Part shown: positions 26,796-33,462 of the stretch, one piece after another
Layout of the letters: each line of letters begins with the position of its first letter
Position numbering within the stretch: position 1 is the stretch's first letter
Virus record (IMG/VR): IMGVR_UViG_3300016464_000080
Location: 1-33,781 of that record
DNA length: 33,781 bases
Direction: 5' to 3' (one strand)
DNA from: a virus
Taxonomy: Duplodnaviria > Caudoviricetes
Position numbers and translations under genes: made by a program
The notes under the pieces: model-generated
The model's input: the letters and a program-made list of their open reading frames with translations, nothing else
Databases searched by the model: none
What the model was told of the DNA's origin: nothing

Positions 26796-27047
26796 TCACC
26801 ACTTAACGCGGTTGCTCCAGTACGCAGCACTCATCTTGCCCTTAGCAATATTCTCTGCGTGTCTAGCCTTGAATGCTTCGTTTCTTTTTGTTCCGTCCGG
26901 TGAACCCTTAACACCTTGCTGACCAAAGCGAATCAACTTAACCTCGTCACCTGACTTAGCCAATACTGCATGGCTTTTCGTAGGATGATTCGGTGTTCTC
27001 TTGGGTTTGTTGTACCCTGAGAATTGTTCACTTCCGCGCTTAATCAT
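26796..27047 (-). CDS. Basic conserved phage protein (start 27047 or 27053)
   Basis: KPKRTPNHPTKSHAVLAK...IRFGQQG...FKARH...SAAYW; GAGG RBS. Confidence 0.8.
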   Translation of the reverse strand: MIKRGSEQFSGYNKPKRTPNHPTKSHAVLAKSGDEVKLIRFGQQGVKGSPDGTKRNEAFKARHAENIAKGKMSAAYWSNRVKW

Positions 27048-27049
27048 GT

Positions 27050-27667
27050 TCACCTCGGAATGAAAATGTTGTCTGAGATTACCCTCTCGGCGAAATAGTA
27101 ACCCCAGTCTTGGATCATTATACTAATTTCAGCATCTGTCATGCCGTTTTTTCCAAGCCTCTTTTGCTCAATGATGATGACGGGTTTACATCTTTGAATG
27201 GTTTGATATGCGCCCTTTAGAGCGTTTTCTTCAAATCCCTCTACATCTAGCTGGATCAAGTCACAATCTATTCCTAGAGAGTCAATAGTGACCATTGGGA
27301 TGCCTTCTTGGGCTTCCTCAATCTGCATTGCTCCCCAGTTCTCAGCTTCTCCGTTTACTGACTTACAGTAACCCATTCGGTCACTCAGTCCTGCCTTGGT
27401 CATGTTGACGTTTGGCTCGTTTACGTTTCTTATCAAACATTCCCAATTTAAATCGTTGGGTTCAAATGTGTAAACCTTATTGAATAAGGCAGCGTAAGCA
27501 CGAATCCATACCCCACAGTTCGCACCTGCCTGGATGATTGTTCCGCGCTTGGGAACCCACTTTAAAAGTTCAGGAAGGGCTTGAATCTCACGGGGTATCC
27601 ATTTCCACGCCTCTACATCGTCTTTGACCCACCACCACCCGTCTCTCAGTTCAATCAATTCCGTCAT
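27050..27667 (-). CDS. FkbM-family SAM-dependent methyltransferase
   Basis: IIQAGANCG, VYTFEP, TIDSL, LIQLDVEGFE, KPVIIIE. Confidence 0.9.
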   Translation of the reverse strand: MTELIELRDGWWWVKDDVEAWKWIPREIQALPELLKWVPKRGTIIQAGANCGVWIRAYAALFNKVYTFEPNDLNWECLIRNVNEPNVNMTKAGLSDRMGYCKSVNGEAENWGAMQIEEAQEGIPMVTIDSLGIDCDLIQLDVEGFEENALKGAYQTIQRCKPVIIIEQKRLGKNGMTDAEISIMIQDWGYYFAERVISDNIFIPR

Positions 27668-28268
27668 ATCCACGAGTTGACCCCCAGAACTGAGTTGCGA
27701 AACAGTGTCCATTGCCTTTGTAAATCTTTCCTGAGAAGTGATGTTTCGTGAAATAGTGAGTAGGATAAACAGTTAAGTCATAGCCCGTTTCCCTGAAAAC
27801 TTCCGTGATGTGTGCGGGTCCGGTTGTCTCCCAAGCCCGTTTATCAATGACTGAGGCTTTCTTTTGGAGTCGGTTAATACACTCTCCAAAGAACGGATTC
27901 CCCTTTTCCGATCCCATCACCGATACGTTAATCAACCCAGGACGCATGATTTCCTGTTCCCAATGGGCAAATGCGGAGGGTTTGAGTAACCAATCCTCTA
28001 AGGGACTGAGACAGACAGAATCAGCGTCTAACGTAATTCCACCCTCGTTGTAGAGGATTTCATATCTCATCATGTCTGCTACCCCACAAAGTTCGTGTGA
28101 CAGCATTGACTGCATGTGAGTGGCGTTAAACCAAGGCTGTTTCAGTTCCTCGTTGCCCCAAATCTTGATCTCGTAATCAGGATTTAAGTCTCGCCATGTC
28201 TGGATACATTTATCAGGTCGTTTGGACTCGTCTCCTATCCAAACAAAGTGTAGTTTTTTTGGTATCAC
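27651..28268 (-). CDS. Glycosyltransferase family 32 (OCH1-like, DxD)
   Basis: MIPKKLHFVW, NPDYE, ADMMRYEILYNEGGITLDAD, TGP. Confidence 0.92.
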   Translation of the reverse strand: MIPKKLHFVWIGDESKRPDKCIQTWRDLNPDYEIKIWGNEELKQPWFNATHMQSMLSHELCGVADMMRYEILYNEGGITLDADSVCLSPLEDWLLKPSAFAHWEQEIMRPGLINVSVMGSEKGNPFFGECINRLQKKASVIDKRAWETTGPAHITEVFRETGYDLTVYPTHYFTKHHFSGKIYKGNGHCFATQFWGSTRGYDGID

Positions 28269-28414
28269 TTGGCTGTTTTTGCGGCTTGTTTAAATGCTTT
28301 AGCAGTCGGAGCGCCTTTAGTTCCTGGCTTACGCATCTTTTCTGGCGTCTTGCCAGCGGCTTTTTGCTTTTCAATTCGCTCGCGTTTAGCATGGATATTA
28401 CTGTAAAGACCCAT
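28265..28414 (-). CDS. Small Lys/Ala-rich protein (49 aa)
   Basis: Not in the ORF track; MGLYSNIHAKRERI...MRKPGTKGAPTAKAFKQAAKTAK; TAATG and GTGA coupling at both ends. Confidence 0.85.
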   Translation of the reverse strand: MGLYSNIHAKRERIEKQKAAGKTPEKMRKPGTKGAPTAKAFKQAAKTAK

Positions 28415-28596
28415 TATTTCCTCGCTTTATTCTTTGCAGTTCTTTGACCACGCATCGGCATTTTTGCTTCACTCATTGCAATCGCAACTGCTTGGTCACG
28501 GCTTTTTACTTTTTGACCAGAGGAAGACATGAGTTTTTTGTCTTTAAATTCACCCATTACCTTAGCAATTTTCTTTGTTGCTTCAGTCATCTTCAT
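28414..28596 (-). CDS. Small basic protein (DUF6496-like)
   Basis: KIAKVMGEFK...SSSGQKVKSRDQAVAIAMSEA. Confidence 0.8.
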   Translation of the reverse strand: MKMTEATKKIAKVMGEFKDKKLMSSSGQKVKSRDQAVAIAMSEAKMPMRGQRTAKNKARK

Positions 28597-29002
28597 TTTC
28601 TTCCCCTTTCATGTCTTTTTCCCACTCTTTACACACTCGGAGATTGTGACAAACGAACTCGAATTTATGGCAGAAACCACGCCCACCACCGTCTTTGTCG
28701 TATTCGTCTTGCTTGACGACTTCCATAGCTTCTAAAGTTTCTGGCTTGTCATCAAAGTATTCACAATTTGCACAGAGTCTGCGCCGTGCTTGATCTGGAG
28801 AGATTCGCCATTCATTTGCCAATGCTCTCCAAAACTCTGAGTTTGAACCTTCAGTTTTTTCAGGTCCAAGCATTTGAGTTTCCATAAGAGTTTCACGCAT
28901 CTTTGCGTTGGATTCTGTTGTCAAACCTTCAATGACAGGCTTTTCTTCAGCCTCTTGAATTTCAACAACAATTTCAGCAGCGGGAGCTAGTAAACCAGAC
29001 AT
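28583..29002 (-). CDS. Cys-cluster (metal/Fe-S binding) protein
   Basis: CANCEYF...GFCHKF...VCKEW; GGAG RBS before the ATG at 29002. Confidence 0.75.
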   Translation of the reverse strand: MSGLLAPAAEIVVEIQEAEEKPVIEGLTTESNAKMRETLMETQMLGPEKTEGSNSEFWRALANEWRISPDQARRRLCANCEYFDDKPETLEAMEVVKQDEYDKDGGGRGFCHKFEFVCHNLRVCKEWEKDMKGEENEDD

Positions 29003-29011
29003 ATAAACTCC

Positions 29012-29036
29012 AAAAAGATGGGGGACACAGCCCCCA
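29012..29036 (-). terminator. Intrinsic terminator ahead of the late genes
   Basis: TGGGGG-CTGTGT-CCCCCA-TCTTTTT. Confidence 0.7.
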
Positions 29037-29083
29037 ACTGGGGAAGGCAACTGCGGGAGAACTCGGGCGCCCCAGTCTGCATG

Positions 29084-29112
29084 ATTTTACACCTTTGGCA
29101 CAGGAATGCCAG
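29084..29112 (-). promoter_or_regulatory. Putative late promoter (pR'-like)
   Basis: CTGGCA-17 bp-TAAAAT, ~50 nt upstream of the terminator. Confidence 0.45.
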
Positions 29113-29410
29113 AAATCCATTCACGATTTAGAACTAGAGTCTCGACCGTCTTTCTGTGAGCGTTAAGCCACATTTCCTTACGTTGTTCTTTTGTTAAGTC
29201 TTTTCCAGAGTCTATGGCGGTATGGCAAGTCTGGCAAAGTGCTGCCGTGTAAATGTCAGACGCTTTTATTCCTCTGCCTTTTCCAAATTCCGACCAGTTA
29301 GCATGAGCCGCTTGCACCCCTTCACTGTTGCCACAATGTTGACACCTCAAAGATGCGACAAGTCTTAACAGTTTTTTGCTTCGGATGTATTCAGTTTTAG
29401 GAAACATCAT
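29087..29410 (-). CDS. nin-region Zn-binding nuclease-like protein (DUF1364/DUF968/Ref-like)
   Basis: IRSKKLL, CQHCG, AAH, GKGRGIKASD, LCQTCH. Confidence 0.75.
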   Translation of the reverse strand: MMFPKTEYIRSKKLLRLVASLRCQHCGNSEGVQAAHANWSEFGKGRGIKASDIYTAALCQTCHTAIDSGKDLTKEQRKEMWLNAHRKTVETLVLNREWISGIPVPKV

Positions 29411-29816
29411 TTTTAAAAGTGATTCCATTGTCTGCGCCCCAGGCATGGAGCCAGTCGATAAATTCAGTTGCTTGCTCTGTTGTAAAACTCCGTGTTTGCA
29501 TCCCTAACTGAACAATTCCGGTCTTGTCTAGGCTCGGAACAATCTTTCCTTGATTGATTCCCGCATCCCTTACAAATTGGTCTACCAAAAACCGTTTCCA
29601 GCTTTCCGCATCCCATCTTGAACCCATGTGTTCAGCTTGCTTTGCAATCTCACCGATCATGGCGTGATACTTTTCCTCTTGTTCACGACTTTTTTTAGGC
29701 TCGGTGATTGTTAAGGTTAACACATTTCCTGCCTGTAACCTAGCTTTTATTCTTGGCATCAGGTCTAGGATCGTCTGGTGAGCCTGCTGGTAGTTATAGA
29801 GTTTGAAATCAGCCAT
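29397..29816 (-). CDS. ninB: NinB/Orf recombination protein
   Basis: KSREQEEKYHAMIGEIAKQ, AESWK, VPSLD, FIDWLHAWGA. Confidence 0.88.
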   Translation of the reverse strand: MADFKLYNYQQAHQTILDLMPRIKARLQAGNVLTLTITEPKKSREQEEKYHAMIGEIAKQAEHMGSRWDAESWKRFLVDQFVRDAGINQGKIVPSLDKTGIVQLGMQTRSFTTEQATEFIDWLHAWGADNGITFKNDVS

Positions 29817-30659
29817 TTAATCACCACAAAAACATGGGATTGAGTCATCAGCTTTGTCAAACATTGGCATTTGATCTTTAGCAAAATCCATCATTGATTG
29901 ATAGGAATCTCGATCTTTTCTAAAACGCGCACCATCTGGCTTGCTTGCCAATGCCAATGCCAATGCCTCCATTTTCGCCCACCAAATTGCTCTTTCTGGT
30001 TTTTCAGCAATCAAACTTCTGGTTTGTGATTCACCTTTTAAAAAACAAAGGTCACAATTTCCATGATAAGTAACACCGTTGAAATTTGGCAATTCAAGAT
30101 CAAAAGGTTGTGATTTCCAAAAATCTCCAACATCTTTTTTGCCAATCCCTGCTGATACTAATGGCGTTCTATCTCTGGGTATTTTTGCTGCGCGTCTAGG
30201 TTCATCAGCACGAATGCCAACCCAAGACATATATTCACCTTCAGATCGTGTTTCACAAAATTTAATGGATAACAAATAGTTAGCAATAGTTCTAATTTTC
30301 ATCTCTATTGTGCAAAATCTTGTCACTGGATTTGGCAAATAGTTCTTTTTGCGAATTACTGCTTCAAACGGTTCGCCGTTTCGACTAGCTGTTTCGTAGT
30401 TAACAATTTGCCAACGATCTTTTGATTCTTCAGCGTCTTTGTATTCCAACCAAACAATCGGCACATTCCAGTTAACTTCACAATCATGCACAAACTTTAA
30501 TGTTGCCTCATCTTCTTTTCCAGTATTTGCAAAACAAACAACCGCATCACTTGGCAGGCTCATCTGGTGAGCCTCTAAAACTTTGTAAAGCATGTACGCC
30601 GATGTTCTGCCACCTGAAAAACTGATACAGGTCGGTTCTGTGATTAAAAACGGATTCAT
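29817..30659 (-). CDS. PAPS-reductase-family (adenine nucleotide alpha hydrolase) protein
   Basis: SFSGGRTS PP-loop, FANTGKE, RFCT, GIRADE, GNCDLCF, CFCGD. Confidence 0.88.
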   Translation of the reverse strand: MNPFLITEPTCISFSGGRTSAYMLYKVLEAHQMSLPSDAVVCFANTGKEDEATLKFVHDCEVNWNVPIVWLEYKDAEESKDRWQIVNYETASRNGEPFEAVIRKKNYLPNPVTRFCTIEMKIRTIANYLLSIKFCETRSEGEYMSWVGIRADEPRRAAKIPRDRTPLVSAGIGKKDVGDFWKSQPFDLELPNFNGVTYHGNCDLCFLKGESQTRSLIAEKPERAIWWAKMEALALALASKPDGARFRKDRDSYQSMMDFAKDQMPMFDKADDSIPCFCGD

Positions 30660-31078
30660 GCATGCTCCTTTACTAAAACCTCTGTTGCTGCTATCTCGGC
30701 GTAAACCTTCGTCACATGAAGGCTAATGATCTGACAGTCATCTTTGTAAACAACCCCGTTCATGCCATCGAGAAATGCCTTTGCTACGTTGTCCAAGTCT
30801 GGTTTCTTTGTTGGTTTTTCTTGACCTGACAAACAAGCCTCAGTGCGTTTTTTTGAGTATGACGCTGGTACGGTATTCCTGATGTATAAAAAAACCTCTA
30901 CAGGCGTTTCTAGTGGCTCTGTTGCGCCCATTGCTGCCTTTGCGAACATCTTTATTTCGTCTTCGTAAGATTTTGTTTTGGCAGGCGTGTAAGTTTGGAC
31001 AAAGTTTCCAATCTTTCTGAATCTTGGACGGGCTTTTCCCTGGGGTGGTCCGTAGACAGTGAAGTTAACCATTAGCAT
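30656..31078 (-). CDS. rusA: RusA Holliday junction resolvase
   Basis: GKARPRF, KPDLDNVAKAFLDGMNGVVYKDDCQI. Confidence 0.93.
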   Translation of the reverse strand: MLMVNFTVYGPPQGKARPRFRKIGNFVQTYTPAKTKSYEDEIKMFAKAAMGATEPLETPVEVFLYIRNTVPASYSKKRTEACLSGQEKPTKKPDLDNVAKAFLDGMNGVVYKDDCQIISLHVTKVYAEIAATEVLVKEHA

Positions 31079-31292
31079 TTAATTCTCCTAATCGTTTAGC
31101 TACTTTTTTTCCCAAGTCAGGAAAGTCTTTCTGAAAAATCTTGACCATATAGCGCGAATGCTCGATATGGTTCACCGCCATTTGTGCATAGTGTTCGATC
31201 AGTCTGTTTTCTAGGTCTTCCAGGTAGACCGCAAACGTCACCTGTGAGGACAAGGGCTTTTCTAATTTTTCGATATTTGAAGTATGTTCCAT
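31065..31292 (-). CDS. Hypothetical protein (start uncertain)
   Basis: Helical C-terminal half; stop overlaps the rusA start; overlaps the neighbouring ORF in another frame. Confidence 0.5.
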   Translation of the reverse strand: MEHTSNIEKLEKPLSSQVTFAVYLEDLENRLIEHYAQMAVNHIEHSRYMVKIFQKDFPDLGKKVAKRLGELNANG

Positions 31293-31335
31293 CTTTGACC
31301 ATGTTTAATAAACTATGGGCTTCAGTCTTGGTCAT
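31117..31335 (-). CDS. Hypothetical protein
   Basis: ATGA coupling to the methyltransferase stop; MTKTEAHSLL...ALVLTGD. Confidence 0.6.
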   Translation of the reverse strand: MTKTEAHSLLNMVKDGTYFKYRKIRKALVLTGDVCGLPGRPRKQTDRTLCTNGGEPYRAFALYGQDFSERLS

Positions 31336-31988
31336 ATTAAATTCTCTTGTTTCATTACTGGTTTTTCAATAAACATATCGACTTGCTTGCTGGCTTGCTC
31401 GATGCGTTTACAAGCAATATCAAAATATTTTGGTTCGCGTTCAATGCCAATGAACTTGCGTCCCATCTGGATAGCCGCCACGCCTGTTGTGCCACTTCCC
31501 ATAAATGGGTCTAGGATTGTTTTAGGCAGGTTTTTGCATTGTTCAATACACCATCGCATCAATTCAAGTGGCTTTTGAGTTGGATGCTCATCACCTTTAT
31601 TTTTTTTGTAATGGCTAAATTGACGCAAGGCTTTTTGTTGACTTGTCCAGGCAAGTTCTCCATCAGCAAAATCACCTCCCATTCGTTTTTCCCAATAAAG
31701 CCATCCCATTGAAGCAGGTAAGTAATCAGCAAAATAGTTACCACCCCAAATTATTTGTAGATCGCCTGCAATCTGGATTGCATCAAAAACTTCTTTGCTA
31801 GGTCTTTGATTGTCCCATCCCATTTTTTTTCCATTGGTTCGTTTGCTACCTCTTGTACGTTGCGCGCCACCGTCTTGTCCAATGCCATAGGGAGGATCAG
31901 TAATCACCGCATCCACCTTATCTAACGTTGGCAGAATGTCCATGCAATCGCCTAAATAAAGTGTTGCGTCACCAATTTCAATCTTCAT
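31332..31988 (-). CDS. DNA amino-methyltransferase (N6A/N4C, beta class)
   Basis: TDPPYG preceding HPTQKP and DPFMGSGTT. Confidence 0.95.
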   Translation of the reverse strand: MKIEIGDATLYLGDCMDILPTLDKVDAVITDPPYGIGQDGGAQRTRGSKRTNGKKMGWDNQRPSKEVFDAIQIAGDLQIIWGGNYFADYLPASMGWLYWEKRMGGDFADGELAWTSQQKALRQFSHYKKNKGDEHPTQKPLELMRWCIEQCKNLPKTILDPFMGSGTTGVAAIQMGRKFIGIEREPKYFDIACKRIEQASKQVDMFIEKPVMKQENLI

Positions 31989-32353
31989 GATCTGCCCCTC
32001 AATACAGCCAGTCTCTGACGCACAGAATCAGGCATTGGAGCGGCTTTTTTCCAGTCCTGTTCTATCTTCATCAAGGCAGGGTCTTTTTCTGTCTTAGGCG
32101 CTATTTCGGGTATCTCTGCGCCATCCCATCGTTGTTGATTTAAGTAGACAAGTGGGGCTGGAATAAAGGCTCCGTTTGACTTTAACCATTGCTCGGTTGT
32201 CTTTAGCCATTCAACGTGCTTGATGATCTGGTCAGCTTGCGTTTCGCAAAAGTTCTTGACCCATTTTTTCTTGCATTCTGCTTTTGCTCCTTTTCTTGGG
32301 CTAGCCGGATATGCTTTCCAGAATCTGTCAAACCCTGTTTCAAATTGTTCCAT
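31985..32353 (-). CDS. Phage replication protein, C-terminal-domain-only form
   Basis: FDRFWKAYP...K..AK...W...FIPAPLVYLNQQRWD; GGAG RBS; no N-terminal HTH. Confidence 0.75.
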   Translation of the reverse strand: MEQFETGFDRFWKAYPASPRKGAKAECKKKWVKNFCETQADQIIKHVEWLKTTEQWLKSNGAFIPAPLVYLNQQRWDGAEIPEIAPKTEKDPALMKIEQDWKKAAPMPDSVRQRLAVLRGRS

Positions 32354-32356
32354 TTA

Positions 32357-32704
32357 CTACTCCGTTCTGTAATCAGTGTCGTGCTTGTTGCCTTTGGCTT
32401 TGTTGCAGGTTCCGCACAAGACCTGCAAATTGTTTTCATCGTTTGCCAAGTGTGGAAAATACTTCCTCGGCTTGATGTGGTCAACATTAATTTCAGTCCA
32501 TTTTTTAATACTCCTTTTGCATCTTAAACAGGTTGCACCATACTTTGCAATCGTCTTTGCTTTCAATACAAACCACTCGTTACTTCTCAAAAACTCATCA
32601 CCACTCTTTTTTATCGCTTCTGCTAGTTCGCTGTCTGTTAGCTTACTAAGTTCTTCTCTTGATCTTTGCTTTATCGTCCTAGCTTTAACTTCCTCTGTTT
32701 TCAT
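32357..32704 (-). CDS. HNH endonuclease
   Basis: CLRC...VDHIKP...NLQVLCGTCNKAKG; AAGG before the ATG at 32704. Confidence 0.9.
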   Translation of the reverse strand: MKTEEVKARTIKQRSREELSKLTDSELAEAIKKSGDEFLRSNEWFVLKAKTIAKYGATCLRCKRSIKKWTEINVDHIKPRKYFPHLANDENNLQVLCGTCNKAKGNKHDTDYRTE

Positions 32705-32716
32705 GTTGACCTTTGG

Positions 32717-33089
32717 TGATTGTTTGAGCAAAGCACAGCCTTACCGTAACAAAACGGGTTTCGCTCTGTGCTCGATGTTGACCTTCGGAGCCATGTCATC
32801 GCATCGCACTACCTCAGACTGTTTCAACCACCGCGCTCTAAGGATTCGCCCACGCTCCCAGCTTTGGCTTGCTCGTGTAACTGGGTATCTCAGACCTGAC
32901 CATCGACGTACCGCATCAGGCTGTCCAAAAGCAAAAACCCTACAAGATACTCTGCGGTCTTGGCTCTTGGCGAGAGCAACAACAAGACGATTGACGCGAA
33001 TCAAAAATCTCGCTTGCTGTCGTGCAAGACCGCACAGTTCCCTGTAGGGTTTCGGATTCGCGTTAACGTCTAATTGCCACACTAGACGG
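32717..33089 (-). ncRNA. Large structured non-coding RNA/leader (two domains)
   Basis: Several perfect 9-10 bp inverted repeats, G-U pairs valid only on the minus strand, upstream consensus promoter. Confidence 0.6.
32927..32944 (-). terminator. U-tract ending the long stem (UGUAGGGUUUUUGCUUUU)
   Basis: 3' arm of the 10-bp stem followed by a U-rich run. Confidence 0.5.
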
Positions 33090-33094
33090 TTTGG

Positions 33095-33121
33095 ATTATA
33101 CACAGTTTTTTACTTTGTCAA
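33095..33121 (-). promoter_or_regulatory. Sigma70 promoter with perfect hexamers and short spacer
   Basis: TTGACA (33121-33116), 15 bp, TATAAT (33100-33095). Confidence 0.75.
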
Positions 33122-33313
33122 CTAAATTTTTGCCTTGCTTGGCAAGCGATGAATTGTAGGAATGATCGTGATTGACTTTCTGAACTTTGTCACGGTTTCT
33201 TCTTTGTTTGGATCGTCCTTCCGAACCGTGGTCATTGTTGACTTGTCGCGCTGGCGCTGGAGTTCAAGTCCGATGCTGTCTTGTCCTGTTCTCCACTGAA
33301 ATGCGTTTGCCAT
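33122..33313 (-). CDS. Hypothetical protein after cro
   Basis: 63-aa basic ORF whose start overlaps the cro 3' end. Confidence 0.6.
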   Translation of the reverse strand: MANAFQWRTGQDSIGLELQRQRDKSTMTTVRKDDPNKEETVTKFRKSITIIPTIHRLPSKAKI

Positions 33314-33450
33314 TCCTTAATTTCCTTGAGTTGGTTAAGTCTTTTCTGAGGGATTTCATCCCACATCGTCACTGCTGCGCGAGAGATTCCCAAGAGCTTG
33401 GCAAGTTTACTCTTGGAGCCAGCGATTTCAACTGCTTTTTGTATGTTCAT
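33232..33450 (-). CDS. cro: Cro-like HTH regulator
   Basis: MNIQKAVEIAGSKSKLAKLLGISRAAVTMWDEIP..R; AAGGA RBS before the ATG at 33450. Confidence 0.88.
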   Translation of the reverse strand: MNIQKAVEIAGSKSKLAKLLGISRAAVTMWDEIPQKRLNQLKEIKEWQTHFSGEQDKTASDLNSSASATSQQ

Positions 33451-33462
33451 ATTTTTCCTTGT

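Noticed and set aside
29946-29967. TGCCAA tandem repeat (ALALALA)
   Set aside because: In-frame hexamer slippage; cannot phase-vary the gene
32357-33089. Group I intron encoding the HNH
   Set aside because: No P/Q/R/S core sequences and no interrupted exon found upstream of the replication gene
32376-33103. ORFs 32376..33047 (+) and 32741..33103 (-)
   Set aside because: No protein motifs; the minus ORF's GTG overlaps the -10 box and lacks an RBS; the region is better explained as structured RNA
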